Of a stretch of DNA of 64,000 nt, positions 19,512-27,453 are shown piece after piece. The stretch's first letter is position 1; every line of letters begins with the position of its first letter. The stretch spans positions 2,048,001 through 2,112,000 of the forward strand of contig CAWDSK010000006.1 in NCBI GenBank assembly GCA_963804995.1, written 5' to 3'. A model generated the notes under the pieces. The model was not told where the DNA came from. It worked only from the letters and a program-made list of their open reading frames with translations, and did not search any database. The DNA is from an uncultured Acidobacteriota bacterium (lineage in GTDB: Bacteria; Acidobacteriota; Terriglobia; UBA7540). Both the position numbers and the translations under genes were made by a program.

Positions 19512-20813
19512 TTGAGCGATTCCATCGAACAAAACGGCGTAGTGGGCGCAGGGGGAGCCGGGTTCCCCATGGCCGTGAAGCTGCAGAGGCAGGCTGAGAC
19601 CTACATCGTGAACGCGGCGGAGTGCGAGCCCCTGCTGCACAAGGACAAGGAATTGCTGCTCCACTACGGGGTGGAGATGCTCGCCGGCCTGCGGATTTCC
19701 ATGGAACGCGTGGGCGCGCGGCGCGGGGTTATTGGCATCAAGGAAAAGTATGAGGACGTGATTCGGAGCCTCTCGGGTCAGTTGCCGAACGATATCGAGA
19801 TCCAACCTCTGCGCGATGTCTACCCGGCGGGTGATGAGTTTGTTCTGGTCTATGACGTGACCGGCCGCGTGATCCCGCCCGGCGGTCTGCCGCTGGATGT
19901 GGGCGCGGTGGTCTCAAACGTCGAGACGCTGATCAACGTGGCGCGGAACCGTCCGGTGACGCACAAATATCTGACCGTGGCAGGCGCGGTGGCTGAACCC
20001 GTGACGCTGCGCGTGCCTGTGGGCATGGCGATTGGAGAGGTCATTGCCGCCGCGGGTGGCGCGACGGCGAGCCCCTTCGAAGTCCTGGTGGGTGGCGCCA
20101 TGATGGCGCATCTGGCCGCGGGGCTTGAGCAGCCCGTCACCAAAACTACCGGCGGGTTGATCGTGCTGCCGCGCGAGCACGGATTGATCCGCCGCTACCT
20201 GCGCTCGTGGCCGGCGATGGACCGCATCGGCAAGTCGGCGTGCGACCAATGCTCGTTCTGCACCGAACTCTGCCCGCGCTATCTGCTGGGCCATCCCATC
20301 GAGCCGCATAAGGCCATGCGCGCGCTGGGCTTTGCTCCGGATAAAGACCGGTTGATGATGGGCACGCTCTATTGCTGCGAGTGCAACCTGTGCAGCCTGT
20401 TCTCTTGCCCCGAAGATCTGGATCCTAAGGACGTCTGCGCTCACGACAAGAAAATTGCCCGCGAGCGCGGCTTGGGATGGCAGGGCAGGGCGGAAGACAT
20501 TCGGCCGCATCCCGTGGCAAACCAGCGCCGTATTCCTACGCACCGCTTGATGGCGAAGCTTGGCCTCACAGGATTTCGCAACGTGGGTCCGCTGGAAGAT
20601 CGGGGGCTCGCACCGCGGCGCGTGGTCATCCCGCTCCAGCAACATGCGGGTGCACCGGCCGTGCCCACAGTCCGCCCTGGAGAATCGGTGCGCATGGGTG
20701 ACTTGATCGCTTCACCTGCGGCCGGGAAACTGGGCGCCAACATTCACGCCAGCATTTCGGGAATGGTACGCGCTATCGATGGCGCTGTGATGATAGAGGC
20801 AAGTAGACAGTGA
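19512..20813 (+). CDS. pduS: PduS-like (RnfC-related) flavin/4Fe-4S oxidoreductase of the BMC locus
   Basis: 'GVVGAGGAGFP', 'NAAECEPLLHKD', 'CDQCSFCTELCPRYLLGH', 'CCECNLCSLFSCP', C-terminal 'QHAGAPA...HASISG'; start uncertain (ORF opens at 19440). Confidence 0.85.
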   Translation: MSDSIEQNGVVGAGGAGFPMAVKLQRQAETYIVNAAECEPLLHKDKELLLHYGVEMLAGLRISMERVGARRGVIGIKEKYEDVIRSLSGQLPNDIEIQPLRDVYPAGDEFVLVYDVTGRVIPPGGLPLDVGAVVSNVETLINVARNRPVTHKYLTVAGAVAEPVTLRVPVGMAIGEVIAAAGGATASPFEVLVGGAMMAHLAAGLEQPVTKTTGGLIVLPREHGLIRRYLRSWPAMDRIGKSACDQCSFCTELCPRYLLGHPIEPHKAMRALGFAPDKDRLMMGTLYCCECNLCSLFSCPEDLDPKDVCAHDKKIARERGLGWQGRAEDIRPHPVANQRRIPTHRLMAKLGLTGFRNVGPLEDRGLAPRRVVIPLQQHAGAPAVPTVRPGESVRMGDLIASPAAGKLGANIHASISGMVRAIDGAVMIEASRQ

Positions 20814-20895
20814 TCAGTGGACTGTGGCCAGATGGTGAGCGTTCTTTCGGACAACTGGCTACTGACAACTGACTGCTTCAAGGAAGGAAACGTAC

Positions 20896-21456
20896 GTGGC
20901 TGAAATGGACACCATCGGGCTCGTGGAAGTTACGAGCATCGGCATTGGCTACAAGGCGCAGGACGCCATGCTCAAGGCCGCTTCGGTAGAACTGCTGCTC
21001 GCGCGCACCATCTGCTCCGGCAAGTACCTGATTGCGGTGTCAGGCGACGTGGCCTCCGTCGAGTCGAGTGTTGAGGCCGGCGCCACCGCCTCCGAAGGCG
21101 CACTGATCGAGCGGCAAGTTATCTCGCGGCTCCACCCTTCCGTCTTCCCGGCGATTTCTTCGGCAGTAGATTTGCCCACGGAGCAGTTCGAAGCGCTCGG
21201 CATCATCGAGACGTTTTCCGCGTCCACCATCATCGAGGTCGCGGACGCCGCCGCCAAAGCTGCCAACATCAAACTCTTCCGCATTCATCTGGCCATGGCC
21301 ATCGGGGGCAAAGGCTTTGTGCTCCTGACCGGTGACATCTCAAGCGTCGAGGCCGCGGTGGCCGCCGCTACACCCGTCGCCGGAGCCGAGGGCATGTTGG
21401 TGAGCGCCGTCGTCATCCCCGCCCCGCGCCGCGAGCTGTTCCGCGAGTATATTTAG
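20896..21456 (+). CDS. pduT: BMC-T tandem shell protein, PduT-like
   Basis: Two BMC domains; 'ARTICSGKY' keeps the Cys equivalent to the PduT Fe-S ligand; follows the pduS-like gene. Confidence 0.85.
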   Translation: MAEMDTIGLVEVTSIGIGYKAQDAMLKAASVELLLARTICSGKYLIAVSGDVASVESSVEAGATASEGALIERQVISRLHPSVFPAISSAVDLPTEQFEALGIIETFSASTIIEVADAAAKAANIKLFRIHLAMAIGGKGFVLLTGDISSVEAAVAAATPVAGAEGMLVSAVVIPAPRRELFREYI

Positions 21457-21465
21457 TGTAGTTAT

Positions 21466-21876
21466 TTACTGATTCCAGTCCTCGACCCGGGCACCGGCGT
21501 CCTGGAAGTGCTCGGCGTTGCCGGTAACGATTACGGCGCCGTACTCGATGGCATGTGCTGTGATGAGGACATCAGCATCCTGGTGGGAGCGACCCCGTGA
21601 CCGCAAGTCCGCCCAGAGACTTGAGGCGCGTTCCCAGGTTGCCGCGTTGAACTCTCTCCAAACCATCGCTTCGGCCAACTTCTTGAAGGCTGTGAGTTGC
21701 GCCACCGCGTTCTTGATCACCAGCTCCCGCCGGATTTCATAGAATACCACCGGGCACATGATGAAGAGTGCGTTCCGCCTGATCTCCTTGCGGAATCGGT
21801 CGAGGACGCGCTGATTCCCTGGATGTTTTTTGAGAAGCTTGGTGACGGTGTCGGTGTCGAGTGAGTAACTCGTCAT
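21466..21876 (-). CDS. PIN-domain (VapC-like) toxin
   Basis: 'YSLDTDTV', 'VFYEIRR', 'DADVLITAHA', 'VTGNAEHF' PIN motifs. Confidence 0.85.
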   Translation of the reverse strand: MTSYSLDTDTVTKLLKKHPGNQRVLDRFRKEIRRNALFIMCPVVFYEIRRELVIKNAVAQLTAFKKLAEAMVWREFNAATWERASSLWADLRSRGRSHQDADVLITAHAIEYGAVIVTGNAEHFQDAGARVEDWNQ

Positions 21877-22091
21877 CCTGTTTGGGTAGGCGTGAATGTG
21901 GAGCGATGGTTCCGAATGTCGTCCTCAAATCCGTTCCACCACTTTTCATCACGATCATCGGGTGTGGCAAGCCAGGTATCGAGCCACTTAAGCAGCTTCC
22001 GATTCTGCGGGCGCAGAGAGCTGTTTTGCCGGCCGGCGCCAGATGCCGTCGGCCCGGAGCGCCGCTTGTGCAGGGTTGTTGCGTTTGCCAT
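21873..22091 (-). CDS. Putative antitoxin of the PIN toxin
   Basis: 72-aa ORF immediately upstream with ATGA overlap; acidic, Trp-rich C-terminal half. Confidence 0.6.
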   Translation of the reverse strand: MANATTLHKRRSGPTASGAGRQNSSLRPQNRKLLKWLDTWLATPDDRDEKWWNGFEDDIRNHRSTFTPTQTG

Positions 22092-22172
22092 GAACTTTCC
22101 CCAGCTCAAATGATAACACAAAGGAGCTTCGACATCGCTAGGCATAACGCCAACCGCAGTGCGCGCGAGCCC

Positions 22173-22928
22173 TCAAGCCAGCACCAATTCCACTCCGCAC
22201 TTTTCGAGCAGCTTCTCGAACCGCGGGGGCAGCTCCTGGTCGGTCACGATTACGTCCACGGCCTCCAGCGGCGTGAGGTGCGCCATGGTTTGGCGGCCAA
22301 ATTTCGAATAATCGGCCACCACCATGACGCGGCGGGAGACCTCAATCATCTTGCGCTCCGAGCCCACCACCAGCGTGTTCGTGTTGCTCAGGCCTGCCTC
22401 GGTGATGCCGCCCGTCCCCATCACCAGGACGTCCGCCGCTACGCGCGTCAGCATCTCCTCGCAGATCGGCCCCAGCAGAACACCCAGGCGCGGGTAGAGG
22501 TATCCGCCCGTGAGCGTCAACTCCACACTTTTGGAATCGTAGAAGATTTGCGCAATGAGGATGGAATTGGTGATGACCTGCAGCGAGTGGCCCAACAGTT
22601 GGCGCGCCACCTCCGCCACCGTCGAGCCGCCGTCCATGATCAGGGTCTGGCCTTCTTCGAGCAGGGCCGCAGCCGCCTTGCCGATGCGTTGCTTCTCTTC
22701 CCGGGCACGACTTGGCACCCAGCCCACGCCTCGCGACTCTTTCTGAACCTGCAGCGAGATGGCGCCGCCTCGGACCCTCCGCACCATACCCTGTTGTTCG
22801 AGCTCCATGAGGTCGCGGCGAATACTGGATTCCGAGACTCCCAGTTTGGACGCCAAGGCTGCGGCGTCAATGAACTCCTGACTTCGAATAGCGTTGTGGA
22901 TTTCAATTTGTCGTTCGGCAGCTCGCAT
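22173..22928 (-). CDS. DeoR/GlpR family transcriptional regulator
   Basis: HTH 'LGVSESSIRRDLMELE...RVRGGA', 'DGGSTV', 'ADYSKFG'; divergent from the BMC operon. Confidence 0.95.
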   Translation of the reverse strand: MRAAERQIEIHNAIRSQEFIDAAALASKLGVSESSIRRDLMELEQQGMVRRVRGGAISLQVQKESRGVGWVPSRAREEKQRIGKAAAALLEEGQTLIMDGGSTVAEVARQLLGHSLQVITNSILIAQIFYDSKSVELTLTGGYLYPRLGVLLGPICEEMLTRVAADVLVMGTGGITEAGLSNTNTLVVGSERKMIEVSRRVMVVADYSKFGRQTMAHLTPLEAVDVIVTDQELPPRFEKLLEKCGVELVLA

Positions 22929-22954
22929 GGGAAGGAAGATAGCACAGAATCGGC

Positions 22955-23035
22955 CTAAATAGAAATAATATGCATGGATATGAAATAATCTGAACGTCTA
23001 TAGGAATACACATTGCACAATAACCCAATACCAGT
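22955..23035. promoter_or_regulatory. AT-rich divergent promoter region with GAAATAAT direct repeats (candidate DeoR operator)
   Basis: gaaataat at 22962-22969 and 22982-22989 between deoR and pduL. Confidence 0.4.
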
Positions 23036-23051
23036 CAGTTTGGTGCGTGAA

Positions 23052-23726
23052 ATGACACCACAACTCGATCGCGCCGTCGTGGAGACCATCGTCCGGGAAA
23101 TCGTCCTCAAGCGTATGGGTACCTGTCCGGACAAGGAAACGGCAGAGCAACCCTCACGCCTGGTGGTGAACGCCTCCGCGCGCCACATGCACGTAAGCCA
23201 GAAAGACCTGGAAGCCCTGTTTGGAGCCGGGCACCAATTGAAGCCGCTACGACCCCTGTATCAGACCGGCACCTTCGCTGCGGAGGAGACAGTCGTGCTC
23301 ATCGGGCCGCGCGGCCGGCTGATTTCTAACCTGCGAATTCTGGGGCCAACCCGTGCTGCCTCGCAGATTGAGCTTTCCTTCACGGATGCCATCATGCTGG
23401 GCATCGAGAATCTGCCCGTCCGCCTCTCAGGCGACATCGAGGGGACGCCGGGAGCCTTCGTCATGGGGCCGCAAGGAGTGGTGGAGATCAAGAAAGGTTT
23501 GATCCGCGCGGCGATGCATGTACATATGACGCCGCTGGACGCGGAGTCGCACGGGGTTCGGCACAAGGATGTTATGAAGCTAAGGGTGGGTGATGGTACG
23601 GCGGTAACTTTCGACAAGGTGCACGTGCGCGTCGATCCCACTTTTCGGCTGGAAGTCCACATGGACACGGACGAGGCCAATGCTTGCGCGTTGCATCTGG
23701 CCAAGCAAGTGGAATTGATTAAGTAG
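23052..23726 (+). CDS. pduL: PduL phosphate propanoyltransferase with N-terminal encapsulation peptide
   Basis: 'NASARHMHVS', 'LRILGP', 'HVHMTP', 'LEVHMDTDEANA'; amphipathic 'DRAVVETIVREIVLKRM'. Confidence 0.95.
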   Translation: MTPQLDRAVVETIVREIVLKRMGTCPDKETAEQPSRLVVNASARHMHVSQKDLEALFGAGHQLKPLRPLYQTGTFAAEETVVLIGPRGRLISNLRILGPTRAASQIELSFTDAIMLGIENLPVRLSGDIEGTPGAFVMGPQGVVEIKKGLIRAAMHVHMTPLDAESHGVRHKDVMKLRVGDGTAVTFDKVHVRVDPTFRLEVHMDTDEANACALHLAKQVELIK

Positions 23727-23781
23727 GGGCGCTGCAAGAACGGGCGATCGAATCAGGAGTGAGTGATTAGGAGAAGAACCT

Positions 23782-24084
23782 ATGAATCAAGCCTTAGGGA
23801 TGATTGAGACGAGAGGGCTGGTGGCCTTGATGGAAGCCACCGACGCCATGTTGAAGGCCGCCAACGTTACCTTTGCCCACTGGGAACCGGTGGGCTCGGG
23901 GCTGGTCACGGCTTTCGTAGAGGGTGATGTGGCCGCCGTCAAGGCCGCTATCGACGCCGGGGCCGAAGCTGCCTCACGCTTGGGTGAAGTGGTAAGCGTG
24001 CAGGTGATTCCCCACCCGCACGAGGATCTGAGCATCTTCACGGAGCCGCCCACGGAATCGGGAACAACCAAGAAGGCGGCCTGA
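23782..24084 (+). CDS. BMC-H shell hexamer
   Basis: '[26 protein letters not shown]...GDVAAVKAA...VIPHPH'. Confidence 0.95.
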   Translation: MNQALGMIETRGLVALMEATDAMLKAANVTFAHWEPVGSGLVTAFVEGDVAAVKAAIDAGAEAASRLGEVVSVQVIPHPHEDLSIFTEPPTESGTTKKAA

Positions 24085-24105
24085 GAGGCCACCAAGGAGA
24101 AGGTC

Positions 24106-24375
24106 ATGAATCAAGCATTGGGATTACTTGAAACCAAGGGATTGGTGGGGCTCGTGGACGCGAGCGACGCCATGTGCAAGGCCGCCAACGTCCAACTGGT
24201 CAAAATGATTCAGATTGGCGGCGGCTACGTCACCACCATTGTGCGTGGCGACGTGGGCAGCGTGCGAGCGGCGATTGATGCCGGAGCCGCGGCGGCGAAG
24301 GCCCTGGGTGAACTGGTGGCGGCGCACGTGATCGCTCGCCCGCATGAAGGGGTCTCGGAAGGTTACTTGAAGTAA
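24106..24375 (+). CDS. BMC-H shell hexamer
   Basis: 'ALGLLETKG...QIGGGYV...GDVGSVRAA...HVIARPH'. Confidence 0.95.
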   Translation: MNQALGLLETKGLVGLVDASDAMCKAANVQLVKMIQIGGGYVTTIVRGDVGSVRAAIDAGAAAAKALGELVAAHVIARPHEGVSEGYLK

Positions 24376-24400
24376 GGCGTTTCGGGTTCCGGTGGTAGGA

Positions 24401-24473
24401 TCGAAACTCGAAATTCGAAACTCGAAAATCGGCGACTCGCCCACGAGTTTCGAATTTCGAGTTTCGAGTTTCG
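24401..24473. repeat. Inverted TCGAAA(C/T) heptamer tandem-repeat hairpin
   Basis: tcgaaac tcgaaat tcgaaac tcgaaaa ... tcgaatt tcgagtt tcgagtt tcg. Confidence 0.85.
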
Positions 24474-24506
24474 TTCTCTCCCCGGCGCCTGGCAAAGGAG
24501 AATCCG

Positions 24507-24779
24507 ATGGTACAGCAAGCAATTGGAATGATTGAGACGCGTGGATTGGTGGCGCTGGTGCAAGCCACTGACGCCATGTTGAAAGCGGCCAACGTGCAGT
24601 TCAAAGGCTGGAGAAAGATCGGTGGAGGGCTCTGCACCAGCTTCGTCGGTGGCGACGTGGCAGCGGTGAAAGCCGCGGTTGACGCAGGCGCTGTCGCCGC
24701 CAAAAACGTTGGTCAAGTGGTCAGCGTCCAGGTAATCCCCCGCCCGCACGACGATCTGGGCGCGATTTTACCGGAATAA
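24507..24779 (+). CDS. BMC-H shell hexamer
   Basis: 'AIGMIETRG...KIGGGLC...VIPRPH'. Confidence 0.95.
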   Translation: MVQQAIGMIETRGLVALVQATDAMLKAANVQFKGWRKIGGGLCTSFVGGDVAAVKAAVDAGAVAAKNVGQVVSVQVIPRPHDDLGAILPE

Positions 24780-24805
24780 CGCAAAGCTCGATGGAAGGTG
24801 CGGCC

Positions 24806-25102
24806 ATGTTCCTGGCCAAAGTAATAGGCAATGTTGTTTCGAGTCATAAGAACGCCCGCTTCCAGGGTATGAAGCTGCTGTTGATTCAGCCCTACGTTAC
24901 GCGCGAGGGCAAGCTGGTGGAATCCGGAAGCTCAGTGGTGGCGGTCGATAGCGTAGGTGCGGGCGAAAGCGAACTGGTGATGTTCACCCAGGGAAGTTCC
25001 GCGCGTCTGACCGACACCACCAAGGACTGCCCTGTCGATACGGTCATCATCGGCATCGTGGACACCGTACAAGTGGCGGGCCAGCGGCTGGAAAAACCCT
25101 AG
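24806..25102 (+). CDS. BMC-P vertex protein (EutN/CcmL family)
   Basis: 'MFLAKVIGNVVSSHK...VAVDSVGAG...GSSAR...DTVIIGIVD'. Confidence 0.95.
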   Translation: MFLAKVIGNVVSSHKNARFQGMKLLLIQPYVTREGKLVESGSSVVAVDSVGAGESELVMFTQGSSARLTDTTKDCPVDTVIIGIVDTVQVAGQRLEKP

Positions 25103-25134
25103 TGCGGTAGTTTGAGGTCGGCGGCCAAGAGTTA

Positions 25135-25207
25135 TCGAAACTCGAAAATCGAAATTCGAAACTCGCGAGCGTTCCACCGATTTCCGAGTTCCGACTTTCG
25201 AGTTTCG
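25135..25207. repeat. Inverted TCGAAA heptamer tandem-repeat hairpin
   Basis: Same family as 24401-24473. Confidence 0.8.
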
Positions 25208-25254
25208 GTACGGGCTGCTGACTCCTGGATTCTGGTGTTACAGAGGCTTGGCAA

Positions 25255-26691
25255 ATGAGCACAACCACTGATCCCATGATCGCGGCAATCGTCGAAGAAG
25301 TAATTGAACGGCTAAAACCGCGCCTGGCGGGGCGACTGCCGGAGCGGCAGGCAGCCGCAGGCGACGGCGTGTTTTCCACGGTTGACGACGCCGTGAAGGC
25401 CGCGCGCGTTGCGCAAGCGCAGTTGGCGGCGCGCAGCTTGCAAGACCGGGCGGAGATCATCGCCATCGTCCGCCGCCTGTGCATCGAGCGCGCCGAAGAA
25501 CTTGGCAAAATGGAGTATGAAGAATCGCGCCTGGGCCGGTTGGACCACAAAATCGTAAAGGTGCGGCGGGTGGAGAAGGTGCTGGGCGTGGAAGCGCTCC
25601 GGACCGAAGCCCGCAGCGACTCCACGGGGCTCTTCTTCATCGAGTACGCACCCTTCGGCGTCATCGCCATGGTTCTGCCCAGCACGCACGGCGTGCCCAC
25701 TATGGGCAGCAACGCCATCAGCGTCCTGGCCGGCGGAAACACCCCGGTGTTCACTTCCCACCCCTTGACGGCGCGCAGCGTGGCGTACGCGGTGCGGATG
25801 TTCAATCGCGAAATCGAAAAGCGCATGGGCCTGCGCAATCTGCTTTGCGCGGTGGAGTCACCGACCATCGAATCGGTAAATGAGCTTTTCCGTCACCCCG
25901 ATGTGGCGCTGATTTGCGTTACGGGCGGCGGCGCCGTGGTTCACGCCGCCATGCAGGCCGGCAAGCGGGTGGTGGCGGCGGGTCCGGGCAATCCTCCCGT
26001 GCTCGTGGATGAGACGGCTGATCTCGCGAAAGCTGCGGAATCCATCATCTTGGGCGCCTCGTTTGATAACAACCTTCTTTGTACCAGCGAAAAGGAGGTC
26101 TTTGTGGTTGCCAAGGTCGCCGACGAATTCATTATGGCGATGAAACGGGCGGGCGCTGTGCAATTGAACCATGCGCAAGTGGAGAAACTGGCGCAAGCCG
26201 TTTTTGATTTTGAGCCGGGAAAAGACGGTGGCCGCGCCCGGGCTCGCGTGAAGCACGAATTTGTGGGAAAGGACCCGGCCGTGCTGGCGGGCGCCATCGG
26301 CATGACCTTGCCTGCCGGAACCCAATTGCTGTTTGGCGAAACCGAAGAAGACCATCCCTTTGTGCAGACCGAGCAAATGATGCCCTTTGTGCCCGTGGTG
26401 CGCGTGGGATCCGTTGACGACGGCATTCGCGCCGCCCTCAAGGCCGAACACGGCTTCCATCACACGGCGCTCATTCATTCTCGCAACGCCGAAAACGCCA
26501 CCAAGATGGCGCGCGCGATGAATACCACGATATTCGTTCAGAACGCGCCTTGTTATGCCAGCCAGGGGGACGGCGGTCCGGGCTTTCTGAGTTACAGCGT
26601 GGCCACGCCCACCGGCGAAGGCGTGACCACACCCCTGACGTATACGCGACAGCGCTCGTTCACTATCGCCGGCGCGCTACGCATTATCTAG
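25255..26691 (+). CDS. CoA-acylating aldehyde dehydrogenase (EutE/PduP family) with N-terminal encapsulation peptide
   Basis: 'PFGVI', 'VTGGGAVV', 'AGPGNPPVLVDETAD', 'SFDNNLLCTSEKE', 'TPTGEG'; 'MIAAIVEEVIERLK'. Confidence 0.95.
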   Translation: MSTTTDPMIAAIVEEVIERLKPRLAGRLPERQAAAGDGVFSTVDDAVKAARVAQAQLAARSLQDRAEIIAIVRRLCIERAEELGKMEYEESRLGRLDHKIVKVRRVEKVLGVEALRTEARSDSTGLFFIEYAPFGVIAMVLPSTHGVPTMGSNAISVLAGGNTPVFTSHPLTARSVAYAVRMFNREIEKRMGLRNLLCAVESPTIESVNELFRHPDVALICVTGGGAVVHAAMQAGKRVVAAGPGNPPVLVDETADLAKAAESIILGASFDNNLLCTSEKEVFVVAKVADEFIMAMKRAGAVQLNHAQVEKLAQAVFDFEPGKDGGRARARVKHEFVGKDPAVLAGAIGMTLPAGTQLLFGETEEDHPFVQTEQMMPFVPVVRVGSVDDGIRAALKAEHGFHHTALIHSRNAENATKMARAMNTTIFVQNAPCYASQGDGGPGFLSYSVATPTGEGVTTPLTYTRQRSFTIAGALRII

Positions 26692-26700
26692 GTCAAGCTG

Positions 26701-27066
26701 ATGTTCATTGCCCGCATCGACGGATCGATTACCTCCACGGTCAAACACCCGAGCTTGCGAAGCCAGCGCTTGTTGATCGGCCAGAGGCTGGAAGCGGATG
26801 GTAATGAGGTGGGTGAACCCATCGTGCTGCTTGACGATCTGGGCGCGGGGTTGGGTTCCCAGGTGCTGGTTACAACCGACGGAGACCTGGCAAGACAGAA
26901 ATTGGGGGACAACACCACCCCAACACGCATGATCGTGGTGGGGATCATTGATCGCAATCCCCAAACCGGATGTTCTGAGTCTTCCGTCACCCATTCGAAA
27001 CTCGAAAATCGAAAAACGAAAATCGCGCCGAGTTTCGAGCTTCGAGTTTCGAATTTCGATTTGTAA
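26701..27066 (+). CDS. BMC-P vertex protein (EutN/CcmL) with repeat-derived C-terminal tail
   Basis: 'MFIARIDGSITSTVKH...DDLGAGLG...VVGIID'; last ~23 codons overlap a TCGAAA heptamer hairpin (26994-27062). Confidence 0.9.
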   Translation: MFIARIDGSITSTVKHPSLRSQRLLIGQRLEADGNEVGEPIVLLDDLGAGLGSQVLVTTDGDLARQKLGDNTTPTRMIVVGIIDRNPQTGCSESSVTHSKLENRKTKIAPSFELRVSNFDL

Positions 27067-27070
27067 GCGT

Positions 27071-27406
27071 ATGCGCCTGGGAATCGTTCGCGGAAATGTC
27101 GTGCTGAGCGTCTCGGATCCAAGCCTGGAGGGGACGCGATTCTTGATCGTCGAACCCGTGACCGGCGGGGCGCTCGCGGCTCAGGACGGATCGGGTGGCG
27201 GAAAGCAACTGATCGTCGCTGACCACCTGGGCCCCGCTGAGGGCGAGATGATTGCCTTCGTCGAAGGGCGGGAAGGCGCCAATCCTTACTGGCCCGGCCG
27301 GGCTCCGGTGGACGCCTATTGCAGCCTGCTGGTCAATACGGTGGACTACCACCCACCGGGTGCTGAGGCTGCAAAGGAAATCAGGCCGTCTTCTGGAAAA
27401 CGCTGA
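27071..27406 (+). CDS. BMC-P vertex protein (EutN/CcmL)
   Basis: 'MRLGIVRGNVVLS...DHLGPAEG...EGREGANPY...PVDAY'. Confidence 0.9.
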   Translation: MRLGIVRGNVVLSVSDPSLEGTRFLIVEPVTGGALAAQDGSGGGKQLIVADHLGPAEGEMIAFVEGREGANPYWPGRAPVDAYCSLLVNTVDYHPPGAEAAKEIRPSSGKR

Positions 27407-27453
27407 TGCCAGGAGCGGGTGAAAGCACAGGCCGTTAAAGGCAGGGTTTAATT

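Noticed and set aside
21861..22958. Long overlapping ORFs such as 21861-22958(+), 55690-57072(+), 42466-43698(-), 7280-8401(-)
   Set aside because: Opposite-strand shadows of well-supported genes in GC-rich DNA.
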